Assembly (NCBI GenBank): GCA_037189585.1
Contig: JBBCJA010000018.1
Span: forward strand, 887-64,886
DNA: 64,000 nt
Source: Selenomonadaceae bacterium
Lineage (GTDB): Bacteria > Vulcanimicrobiota > Xenobia > Xenobiales > JADMJV01
Direction: 5' to 3'
Both the position numbers and the translations under genes were made by a program. Shown here in pieces: positions 43,515 to 52,005 of the stretch (its first letter is position 1; every line of letters starts with the position of its first letter). The notes under the pieces were generated by a model that did no database searches, was not told the DNA's origin, and saw nothing but the letters and a program-made list of their open reading frames with translations.

Positions 43515-44849
43515 ATGACTAGAGCTCGTCGGGGTATGCTGGTGGCCGGGGTGCTGTTGGCTCTTCTTTTCCTGGGCGGCTGGCTGGCTGACCGGGCTTG
43601 GAACAGGCAGGCCGAGGAGGATGTTCGACGGAGGCTGCTCGATTCGCTGAGCAACGACCAGAGAAGAAAACTGCTCAATGTATCTAAAGACGAACTTCTA
43701 CGTCAGGTCTCTGGAATCGAACAAGAGCTCCAGTGGCTTCAGTCCACTCCATGGGGAGCCGAGGTATGGGAGCAAGGTCGTCTCTTGGGACAGACACCGA
43801 TGCCCCGACCCAAGGGCGACACGACCTTAGAACTTCGCACTCCGTGGCGAAGGGCGACGGTTGGTCCTGGGGAATTGCAGGCGACCCTCTCCCCAAATCT
43901 CCTCACCCTGAGCTTACGCCTGGCTGGGCTGCTGGGGTTGGCTCTCATCGGGCTATCCTTTCGCTCTCGTCCCGAGCCTATCGAAGCCGTCGAAACCGTC
44001 GAGGCAATCGAGGAACGAAAGCCCGTTGCCGAGTCGGATCGCTTTGGAGACTTCGAGAGACTAGAGCTCTGCGGCGAAGGAAGCATGGGTACTGTCTACC
44101 GCGCCCGTTCGAGCAAAGCCGACAATCGTTCGGTCTACGCGCTGAAGATTCTCCATCCCCAATGGAGCCAGGCAGAGGAATTTCGCCAACGCTTCGAGCG
44201 AGAGTACCACATCTGCCGGCAGCTCGATAGCGACCGAGTGGTGCGGGTTCACGCCCACGGCGAAAAGGACGGTCGACTTTGGATGGTCATGGATTTCGTC
44301 GAAGGCCCTACCTTGACCGAGTGGTTGGCTTCAACCCCTCGTCAGGAGTGTGAGATTCTAGAGATAGCCGTGGCTATCTGCGACGGACTCTCCTACGCCC
44401 ACGGCCTGGGTATCGTGCATCGCGATCTTAAGCCCGACAACATCCTTGTCAGCGGCGAGAGGTCGCCCGTGATCACCGACTTTGGACTGGCTCGCAGCCG
44501 CCACTACGCTACCATCACCCAGGCCCATACCGTGCTCGGAACCCCCGCCTATATCGCCCCTGAGCAAGTCGAAGGGTCCACCATCAACGGCCAAGCCGAT
44601 CTCTATTCTCTGGGCTGCATACTTTACGAAGCACTCGCCGGGAGACCACCGTTCCAAGGCGAGGCTATGCAAGTGGTGTTAGCTCAGCTCACCAAGCAGC
44701 CAGAGCCTCTCTCCGAGTACGTCAAGGTTTCTCCGGCCTGCGAGGCTTTAGTTCATCGCCTTTTGGCCAAAGACAAGTCGAGCCGCTACGCCTCCGCCGA
44801 AGAGGTGCGCCAAGATCTGCTGGCCGCCAATAAGGGCGCGATCGCTTGA
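43515..44849 (+). CDS. Hanks-type Ser/Thr protein kinase with an N-terminal TM region
   Basis: [17 protein letters not shown] and GTPAYIAPE are present. ATG 43515 chosen (track TTG 43431). Confidence 0.85.
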   Translation: MTRARRGMLVAGVLLALLFLGGWLADRAWNRQAEEDVRRRLLDSLSNDQRRKLLNVSKDELLRQVSGIEQELQWLQSTPWGAEVWEQGRLLGQTPMPRPKGDTTLELRTPWRRATVGPGELQATLSPNLLTLSLRLAGLLGLALIGLSFRSRPEPIEAVETVEAIEERKPVAESDRFGDFERLELCGEGSMGTVYRARSSKADNRSVYALKILHPQWSQAEEFRQRFEREYHICRQLDSDRVVRVHAHGEKDGRLWMVMDFVEGPTLTEWLASTPRQECEILEIAVAICDGLSYAHGLGIVHRDLKPDNILVSGERSPVITDFGLARSRHYATITQAHTVLGTPAYIAPEQVEGSTINGQADLYSLGCILYEALAGRPPFQGEAMQVVLAQLTKQPEPLSEYVKVSPACEALVHRLLAKDKSSRYASAEEVRQDLLAANKGAIA

Positions 44850-46129
44850 AGTCTCGCCAGTCGTTGATCAGGCTCCGCCCTCAGTAGCTTCTCCACTAAT
44901 TCCGCGAAAGCCGGTGGACAGTCGAGGCGCACTTGGGCCAACGGCCGATACCGCTCCTGAGCTTGCGCGGCTAAAATTTGTAGCCCTTCGCACTCGGCAT
45001 ATGGTCCAGCTCCACAAGCCCAGGCGTACAAAGTACATCCCAAGGCGTAGTAGTCCGAAGCGGCCACAGCGCTGCCTTGAAGCTGCTCAGGCGCCATAAA
45101 GCCCAAAGTTCCCGAATGGCCGCTAGTCTCTCCCTGCTCCGACAGCCGCCCAGCGACCCCGAAGTCGAGAAGATGGGCCTTCCCTCTTGCATCAATGATC
45201 ACGTTGGCAGGCTTAAGATCGCGATGCACGATACCCTTGTCGTGGGCGTAATCGAGCGCCGTGGCCAGTTGCTCCGCCCAAACCTCGAGCTGTGCGAACG
45301 ACGGCCTAACGATCTCCTCACTTCTTCTTCCTTCCACCAGTTCCGTGACGAGCCAGACAAAATCTGTGCTCTCGCCCCAGTCCAAAAGATGAACGATGTG
45401 CGGGTGGGAGAGAGTTCTCCAGACCTCCACTTCGTCGCGGAAGCGGTGACGCGCCTCTGGGTCATCGGTCCAATCGGAGCGCAATACCTTCATCGCCAGT
45501 GGCTCTCCCCCATCCAAGCGGCGCACACGGTAGACGCGGCTCATACCTCCCCGCCCAAGCTCTCCCTTGATTCTATAGCCGAACAGCTCCACTCCCGGGT
45601 GCAACTCTTTTCGAGCTAGCGACTCGCTCAGACGTCGCTGTCGGCGTAGAACCGGGCGAACCCTAAAGAACCCAAACCCGGCAAGGATGAGCACAACGGA
45701 AAGGAGCGGAGCGAAGTCGCGCGCCGCGTAGCACAGAGGCGACAGAACCCACCACCTGGAACGCATCTCCACCATCCGTTCACCCCGAGCGAGCTCCTCA
45801 GGGGAAAGATGAACCGTCTCTTCATGGTATCCTGGCAAGGAGAGAATTAAGGTAAAGTCCGCCCTCTCCTCAAGGCCGATAGGGAGAGGGCCTGGAGTGT
45901 ACCCAATGGGGTTTCTGTGGAATCCGCTCACGCTCATGGAGTAGGTATCGACTCTAGCGCCGCTCGGGCGGCTCCGGAGATAGATGGCCCCGAGAGCTTC
46001 TCTTTTGGGCCAAGAAAGCCAAATTTGCCCCAAGAGCAGAATGCAACTTATCGCGGCTATCCCATAAGTTTGACGACGCAACTTCTCCACTCCGGCTAGT
46101 GCAGCATTCGGCCAACACCTCCCTGCCAT
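44786..46129 (-). CDS. Ser/Thr protein kinase with an N-terminal PEGA-like domain and TM helix
   Basis: [17 protein letters not shown] and [10 protein letters not shown] are present. The PEGA-like block is SRPSGARVD...GYTPGPLPI...[13 protein letters not shown]. Confidence 0.85.
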   Translation of the reverse strand: MAGRCWPNAALAGVEKLRRQTYGIAAISCILLLGQIWLSWPKREALGAIYLRSRPSGARVDTYSMSVSGFHRNPIGYTPGPLPIGLEERADFTLILSLPGYHEETVHLSPEELARGERMVEMRSRWWVLSPLCYAARDFAPLLSVVLILAGFGFFRVRPVLRRQRRLSESLARKELHPGVELFGYRIKGELGRGGMSRVYRVRRLDGGEPLAMKVLRSDWTDDPEARHRFRDEVEVWRTLSHPHIVHLLDWGESTDFVWLVTELVEGRRSEEIVRPSFAQLEVWAEQLATALDYAHDKGIVHRDLKPANVIIDARGKAHLLDFGVAGRLSEQGETSGHSGTLGFMAPEQLQGSAVAASDYYALGCTLYAWACGAGPYAECEGLQILAAQAQERYRPLAQVRLDCPPAFAELVEKLLRAEPDQRLARLQAIAPLLAASRSWRTSSAEA

Positions 46130-46197
46130 CCGTGTGTTGAAGTCTTCAGTCGTGAAGTATTCTTCCCACCGGTGCGATCTGTTAAAATACCGCTGTC

Positions 46198-46602
46198 GTG
46201 AGGAAAAGGAGCAAATATGGATTCTCCTTAGCGGAGTTGATGCTCGCTTTTGTCGTGCTTTCCGTTCTCTCGGTCGTGCTTATCGGAGTCGTTCCCTCCA
46301 CGATTATCGGTCTCAAGGGGGCAAGCCAAAGGGCCAATGCGGCACTGCTGGCTCAAACCCAACTCGAGGAGCTTCGCCGCACCGGATTTAGCTCCGTCAC
46401 CCCGACTCTCGAACCGTATCCCACAGCCGTGATGGAGCGGACCGACTATACCTACCGAGTCGAGGTGGAAGAGGCCCGACTGAGCAGCGGAGAGGCCATG
46501 AGTCCTGATGTCGCCAAGCTAGCCAGCGTGGTGGTTGAGTGGCGGAGTAAGAGCGGACCCCAGACTTATACCGCCAGCGCGGTGATGTTCAAGCGGATAT
46601 GA
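46198..46602 (+). CDS. Minor pseudopilin, GspI-like size (prepilin-type N-terminus)
   Basis: Leader MRKRSKYG followed by [23 protein letters not shown] (Gly-1, Glu+5). Confidence 0.8.
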   Translation: MRKRSKYGFSLAELMLAFVVLSVLSVVLIGVVPSTIIGLKGASQRANAALLAQTQLEELRRTGFSSVTPTLEPYPTAVMERTDYTYRVEVEEARLSSGEAMSPDVAKLASVVVEWRSKSGPQTYTASAVMFKRI

Positions 46603-47213
46603 GCCGTCAAAGTGGAGTAAGCTTAGTGGAGGTCATGATCGCCGGCGGCCTCCTTTTACTCGTCACCGCGATGATGGTCGCTCTGCTCCTACCCTCCTTT
46701 TCTCTCTTCCGCAAACAGGGAGGGCAGTCGGATGCCTATCGCGTGTGTCTGCAAACCATCGAAAAATTTCGCCTGGAGATGCTCAACACTCAACTGGAAT
46801 GCCTTACTATCACCCCGGATCTGCAAGCCATCGCCTGGCAGGAGACTCTGGCGGATCCTCCTTTCTCCGTGACCAGTGGAGAGCCGCTCATGAATGACAT
46901 CTTCACAGTTTTGCACTACCGTGATCGACGAGTGCTAATAACGCGCAGCGAACCGAGTGGGACCGGAACCTCCACTATCCCCTCGCGACTGGGCCTTGAT
47001 GAGGTGATGGAATTGCGTGCTCGTCAAACGAGGACCCTGGCCCGCGATATCACCGCTTTTGAAGTTCGCGACAACGACCCGGACTCGCCCCTCACAACGC
47101 CTCCCATTCGTATGTCTTTGACCTGCACTATCGATACCAAGGGAAGAGCCAGCAACGACGAAGAGTCCTTTAAGATGAACGTAACCGTCACGCCGAGGAG
47201 CCAACGCTGGTGA
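46599..47213 (+). CDS. Minor pseudopilin, GspJ-like size
   Basis: Leader MSRQSG followed by VSLVEVMIAGGLLLLVTAMMVALLL (Glu+5). A 4-nt start/stop overlap occurs on both sides. Confidence 0.75.
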   Translation: MSRQSGVSLVEVMIAGGLLLLVTAMMVALLLPSFSLFRKQGGQSDAYRVCLQTIEKFRLEMLNTQLECLTITPDLQAIAWQETLADPPFSVTSGEPLMNDIFTVLHYRDRRVLITRSEPSGTGTSTIPSRLGLDEVMELRARQTRTLARDITAFEVRDNDPDSPLTTPPIRMSLTCTIDTKGRASNDEESFKMNVTVTPRSQRW

Positions 47214-49090
47214 GAATTTCAATTCGTGGAGCTGTCTCCCTACTCTCCGTACTCTGCCTGGTGGGGATCGTGATGATTCTCGCTTCGGCCATGGTCGGAG
47301 TGTTCTCGATGAATCTGAACATGACCCAAAAGTCGTTCAACGGCTCCATCGCCGAATCCGAAGCCGAAGCTGGGATAGCCGAAGCGCTTTACCGTATCAC
47401 CGACGCCAATGACAACAATATCGACAACAGTCAACAGCCGCCCGCGGTAAAGTACGGCCGCTCCAGCGAGACGATTCGAGGCACCATCACCCCGAAACTC
47501 AGTCCAGAGGAAGCTTACCACGTCGTAACTTTTGCCGAGGGGACCGGATTCCCACATTCCACCAATAACACCTATCTCGATCGCGATACCGGCTCTTTGG
47601 GACGGGCCGTGCCTGACGGGATGTTTCACATCGTCTCCACCGGCTACTGCCGTGGTCAATATCGCACCATCGAGGCCTTGATCTCCAAACCTCCCTTTCC
47701 TTTTGGTCTGGCCACCTCCGGAAAGTTGGTGTCGCCCGATCCTTTCGTCGTCAAAGGGGTCTCCTCGATATCCGACCTACTCGACGACAAGGAAGATCGC
47801 CCTGGACATATTCTTTGTAACTCCCCAGAAGGCGTAACGATCGGACAGAGCGATCCGCCTCGACCAACCTACATCAGTGGTTTCGTGAAATCGGTCGGAC
47901 CGATCTCCATCGAGCAGCCCGCCCAAGTTTTAGGAGGGTTGCGCCCAGGAGCCGATGCCTCCACTCTTGCCACTATCGATGTCAAGAAGTTCAGGAATGA
48001 AGGTCAGCCCGGAGTTGTGACGATCAACGATCCGAACTTCGTCAGAGATCAGACCATGGACATCATGTACTTTTACTCTGGCAACCTGCTCACCTACGAG
48101 CGTTCGGTCAAGCTCAACAAGGCCTTTCTTTATGTCGAGGGCGACCTCTTGATCAAGGGTCCGGTCACTGGTGAAGGCCTGATCGTGGTGGACGGAAACG
48201 TCACCTTCGGCTCAGGCACAGCCCTAGATGGCGCCAACAAGATGGCGGTACTCGCCTCCGGCGACATCACGATTCGGGGGGCCAACAACTATTTCACCGG
48301 CCTCATTTACTGCGGAGGAGACTTTACAGCCTCCAACGTGACGGTGGTAGGGAATACCGTGGTCAACTCCCCCGATCCTGAGAAAGGTAAAGCGAACCTG
48401 GAGAATGTGACGATGATCAGCAACACCGAAACAGCGGACATGACGATCACCATCACTTCAAGTAGTCACGCCGAGGGGCAGGATAACGCCCCCGATGCTG
48501 TCATTCCGCTCGGTATCACCTCAGACACCTTCGGGTTACCCACGGACTGGGATTACTCCAATGGTGGCGGTGGTGGGCTTGGTGGCTGGATCGACCCAAA
48601 AAATCCCCAAAGCATGTACGTGGAAATTTTGATGGATCTCTGGCAGGCCTCTCTTGACCCCTCTTCCCAATTCCCCGTCCTGGGAATGAAACCGTCTGGA
48701 AAAGGTGTCGACGGTATCTGGGATCAAGCGACCGCTCTCTACGAGCTCGCGAGCCAAAATCGAAGTGTCAGTGACCAGATCAACCAGTTGGAATCGAGCA
48801 AAGAATCCGCGCAGGGAAACCATGAACTCTTGGCCCAAATTGAAGCTCAAATTCAAGCACTCGAAGCATCACAAGCCGAGGCCAAGATCGTCTTTCAAAC
48901 CGCGGCGGCGGCTCTCGTCAATTCTATTTACAACCACATGAAAGCCCACGCCGACGGCGATGGAACGTACGACGACGGCACTGTGGACATGGACATCGTC
49001 ATCAAGCAGAGATTCAACCTCAACGAGTATCTTCCCGAGAGCGAACGGGTCAAGATCGCCTATTGGCGGGTTCATCACCGCCGCTTCTAG
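47210..49090 (+). CDS. GspK/PilX-like large minor-pseudopilin-family protein (626 aa)
   Basis: Hydrophobic N-terminal helix, then SIAESEAEAGIAEALYRI (PilX_N/GspK-like). The central repetitive beta-rich block is paralogous to 269..2014. A C-terminal coiled coil is followed by the LPESERVKIAYW motif. Confidence 0.65.
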   Translation: MRISIRGAVSLLSVLCLVGIVMILASAMVGVFSMNLNMTQKSFNGSIAESEAEAGIAEALYRITDANDNNIDNSQQPPAVKYGRSSETIRGTITPKLSPEEAYHVVTFAEGTGFPHSTNNTYLDRDTGSLGRAVPDGMFHIVSTGYCRGQYRTIEALISKPPFPFGLATSGKLVSPDPFVVKGVSSISDLLDDKEDRPGHILCNSPEGVTIGQSDPPRPTYISGFVKSVGPISIEQPAQVLGGLRPGADASTLATIDVKKFRNEGQPGVVTINDPNFVRDQTMDIMYFYSGNLLTYERSVKLNKAFLYVEGDLLIKGPVTGEGLIVVDGNVTFGSGTALDGANKMAVLASGDITIRGANNYFTGLIYCGGDFTASNVTVVGNTVVNSPDPEKGKANLENVTMISNTETADMTITITSSSHAEGQDNAPDAVIPLGITSDTFGLPTDWDYSNGGGGGLGGWIDPKNPQSMYVEILMDLWQASLDPSSQFPVLGMKPSGKGVDGIWDQATALYELASQNRSVSDQINQLESSKESAQGNHELLAQIEAQIQALEASQAEAKIVFQTAAAALVNSIYNHMKAHADGDGTYDDGTVDMDIVIKQRFNLNEYLPESERVKIAYWRVHHRRF

Positions 49091-49103
49091 GGCCCCACGA
49101 CTG

Positions 49104-49133
49104 TCACTCGAAATAAGTGTTGAAAACTGTACA
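49104..49133 (-). pseudogene. Fragment: stop codon plus last 9 codons of a homologue of gene 50642..51040
   Basis: 26 of 30 nt are identical to 50642-50671. It encodes CTVFNTYFE-stop versus YTVFNTYFE-stop, and three of the four changes are synonymous. Confidence 0.5.
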
Positions 49134-49146
49134 GCGTGCTCTCGGG

Positions 49147-49289
49147 ACCGGCTGCAGTCGCGCATCACCGGTCTGATAGCCGAAGACCGCACCAACTTCG
49201 TCGCCCCCGCCGACTACTCCGAGGGAGTCAGCTGGGGGTAACCGTGCGCGGTCTCCTCGGACGGATCGCCGGACGAAAAGTACGTCATC
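49147..49289 (+). pseudogene. Fragment: 3' end of a HAD hydrolase gene homologous to 43238-43393
   Basis: It encodes DRLQSRITGLIAEDRTNFVAPADYSEG, identical to the intact gene, with mostly third-position differences. A 1-nt deletion then shifts the frame. There is no 5' part. Confidence 0.75.
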
Positions 49290-49312
49290 CGTGAATTGCC
49301 TGTCCTCGACGG

Positions 49313-50584
49313 CTAGTTACCAGAGGGCTCCGCTGCGAGCTTCTCAGGTCGGTCCACCCGCCCCATCATGAGTACCGCGCCGCTGCCGCTATGTCGTAGG
49401 AGAAAGGCGAAAGGCCGCTCGAAGGTCAAAACCTTTGGTGGGGGTTTGACAGCCGACCCTCTCCGGCTCACGACCACGGCTGTGGCAGCGGCGGCTTCCG
49501 TACCCTCTTCATCCACTTTCACGTATGTCTTGTGATAGATGTTGAGCTCAAGTCGCTCGGGACTATCCAGGATCAGCATGCGGGTCAGATCGGGGTTCTT
49601 CACGACCTGCGCTAGACCGATTTCTCGCCAGGCCTCGGTCAGCTCGAAGGTGGGCACCTCGAATTCGAAGCGTGGTAGTCTCAGGGTGACCTCCTCCGCG
49701 GATTCGCTCGGCTCGAGGTAGAAAGAGGAGAGCGCCTTGTCGGGCTCTATTCCCTGGTCCGGCAATAAAAAGACCATCTCGAAGCCCTCCTGATAGGGCA
49801 AGGTCACCCCGGTCGCCCCCCGCAGGCGGAAGCTGGCGACCCCTGGGCGTGTCATCATCGGGGTTTGTAGTGTCTCTCCCGAGGAAGTCGTGAAGGTTCC
49901 CGGTCGAGTGTGTTCTTTCTCGAACTTACTCCGCCAGCTCCCCTTGAAGTGCAGGGCGGAGACCAGCACGCTGACGGTATCGCGACCGAGCGTGGGTAGA
50001 AAATCTTTGATCAGACCGGCGGTACGCTCGGCCACCCAGTCGTTGATGACTTGTGTCGCCCTCTTCGGGTCAGTGGAGAAAGGTAGAACTTGAACAGGAT
50101 CGGTCAGTAACGGCTTGATCTTGACGGAGTAACTCTCGACAAGCTTGACCGACTGATCCAGATAAATTTTCTGGGCCAAAGCCAGAGATTCGGTCTCGTC
50201 CAAACCGCCGGCTAGCTTCGTCAGCTCCCCGAGGACCTCTCCTTTCAGCCCGGTGGCCGCGGCGATCTCCTCTTTGGTTCTCCCTTCAGCTCCCTCTTGC
50301 ATCAGACCTAACAGAAGGTAAGAGCCCAGCGGACTGACAGCCAGGTTTCCGGGCTTCTTCCCGGCCACCGCTTCGTACAAGTTCTTGTTGAAGTTAGCCA
50401 ACCCAACACTAACCTCTTTAGAGATAACGAGCTCGGGGACTGCGGAGGGTGGAGGTGCCACCAGCTTCTGAACGGGTGATGGAGAGGCTGTCTGCTGTGG
50501 CCCCGGTGGGAGCGAGGAAGGTTGGCAAGCGGAAATAAGGAGGCCTCCGAAGATGCCCAAAGCCAAGAGTTTGAGTGAGTTCAT
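49313..50584 (-). CDS. Serpin (serine protease inhibitor) lipoprotein
   Basis: Reactive-centre-loop hinge EEGTEAAAATAVVV, serpin blocks FKGSWRSKF and FERPFAFLL, and lipobox LLISAC. Confidence 0.85.
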   Translation of the reverse strand: MNSLKLLALGIFGGLLISACQPSSLPPGPQQTASPSPVQKLVAPPPSAVPELVISKEVSVGLANFNKNLYEAVAGKKPGNLAVSPLGSYLLLGLMQEGAEGRTKEEIAAATGLKGEVLGELTKLAGGLDETESLALAQKIYLDQSVKLVESYSVKIKPLLTDPVQVLPFSTDPKRATQVINDWVAERTAGLIKDFLPTLGRDTVSVLVSALHFKGSWRSKFEKEHTRPGTFTTSSGETLQTPMMTRPGVASFRLRGATGVTLPYQEGFEMVFLLPDQGIEPDKALSSFYLEPSESAEEVTLRLPRFEFEVPTFELTEAWREIGLAQVVKNPDLTRMLILDSPERLELNIYHKTYVKVDEEGTEAAAATAVVVSRRGSAVKPPPKVLTFERPFAFLLRHSGSGAVLMMGRVDRPEKLAAEPSGN

Positions 50585-50641
50585 AGCTGTCCTAGTCGTG
50601 CGGAGGGCTCTCTTATTCCAGGAAGTCCGCTCGGGAGGAAA

Positions 50642-51040
50642 TCACTCGAAGTAGGTGTTGAAAACGGTATAGGATTTGAGTAGCTTCTCCGCCATCGCGT
50701 TACGCCTAGTTGCATCCTTCTCGCTAGCCATGGTGTTGACCATCTCCATGTACGGGACCAGCCAGTTGTGCAGCTGATCGTGCGCCGGACCCGTCATGGT
50801 GCAGTTGGAGACAAGTTTTTGTAGATTGGACTGAAGCTCCCGATGGAGCAGTTGTTTCTGGGAGTTTGAGGCGGAAGGGTATTCGCGAAGGTCTTTTTCC
50901 ATAGCACGCAGGTAGACCATCATCTTAGGCTCCACTTTCCAACGCTCACCGGCATTGAGATCGAGCTTCGTTTCTGAATCAGCCCAGGTGGGAGCTGAGG
51001 AAAGTAAGAGTAGGGCTAGAACGAGGAGTAGTTTGGGCAT
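50642..51040 (-). CDS. Secreted hypothetical helical protein
   Basis: 132-aa ORF with a signal peptide (LLLLSSAPTWA). Confidence 0.6.
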   Translation of the reverse strand: MPKLLLVLALLLLSSAPTWADSETKLDLNAGERWKVEPKMMVYLRAMEKDLREYPSASNSQKQLLHRELQSNLQKLVSNCTMTGPAHDQLHNWLVPYMEMVNTMASEKDATRRNAMAEKLLKSYTVFNTYFE

Positions 51041-51176
51041 GAAAAATATGTTCCTTTCCGATTCGTTAAGTCGATTTTGCTGGTGGTCGCAACGATAGTC
51101 ACTTCACTTACCTCTCCAAGCATAGACTGGAAGAGATGAGGACGACTTGATCAGAGTCATGCTCGGAGAGCATCTT

Positions 51177-51941
51177 CTAAAAGAGAGAGGCGTCAAGCTC
51201 CTCGAAACTTGTCATGACTTCAAACCCGAGTCCGCGATAGCAACGGATGGCAACCTCGTTGGCCGCCCGAACGTTTAGTCCGATATGATCGACATCCTGG
51301 AGGAGGCGACGACATAGCGTTCCTACCACGCGATTTGCCAAGCCGCGTCCGCGAAAGTCAGGATGGGTTGCTATGTTTCCCAAAGCGGCCACTTTGTAGC
51401 GTGGAGACCAGACGTGAACGCCAGCCACGCATGCTAGTCGTCCATCCATGCGCAGCCCCAGGTAGCGTTCCGTCACCAGCATGATGGGGTCGAACCAGTT
51501 CCCGGGATAGCTCTGGTCATAGAAGGCCACAAGCTCAGTCTCAGTGTCTTGAGTAAGGGTCTCGACAGCCGGGTCCTCCTCGGGCAACTTCTCCGGCCGC
51601 TCTAAAGCCATGCGTAGGGTCGTCATCCGGCCGCTGACCTGATAGTGCTGCTCAAGGACTGTTACCAATCCCGGCGCGATCTGAGCATGGAAGTGCCTGG
51701 GCAACAAAGATGCCGCCTGAGCCAATAGTTCACGCGCACCGGCCGTTTCCCTCATAGCCAAAAGGGCCGGTGGAGAAGCGGCATAGAGCAACATCACCGC
51801 CTCGAGGTCGTCAGAAGAGTACCAAGAGGTACGAGGCCAATAGAGGGCGTCCAAGTCACCCAACTCGTAAAGGTGAAGAAGAGGGTCTCTAGCCAGGCTC
51901 CGTTCGATAAGATCGCGATCGTGGAGAATAAGCACCCCCAC
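51177..51941 (-). CDS. GNAT family N-acetyltransferase
   Basis: C-terminal acetyl-CoA-binding block FRGRGLANRVVGTLCRRLL ... AIRCYRGLGFEV. Confidence 0.7.
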   Translation of the reverse strand: MGVLILHDRDLIERSLARDPLLHLYELGDLDALYWPRTSWYSSDDLEAVMLLYAASPPALLAMRETAGARELLAQAASLLPRHFHAQIAPGLVTVLEQHYQVSGRMTTLRMALERPEKLPEEDPAVETLTQDTETELVAFYDQSYPGNWFDPIMLVTERYLGLRMDGRLACVAGVHVWSPRYKVAALGNIATHPDFRGRGLANRVVGTLCRRLLQDVDHIGLNVRAANEVAIRCYRGLGFEVMTSFEELDASLF

Positions 51942-52005
51942 GCCTTCAGGCCCAACGCGGTCTTACCCTTGAAAAGGGCTCGATACTAAGCTCTTCTGAG
52001 CCTTC

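Noticed and set aside
43400-49100. Classical integrative element, prophage or IS
   Set aside because: There is no integrase, transposase, terminal inverted repeat or phage gene. The flanking homologies are gene fragments, so a Campbell-type homologous insertion is proposed instead.
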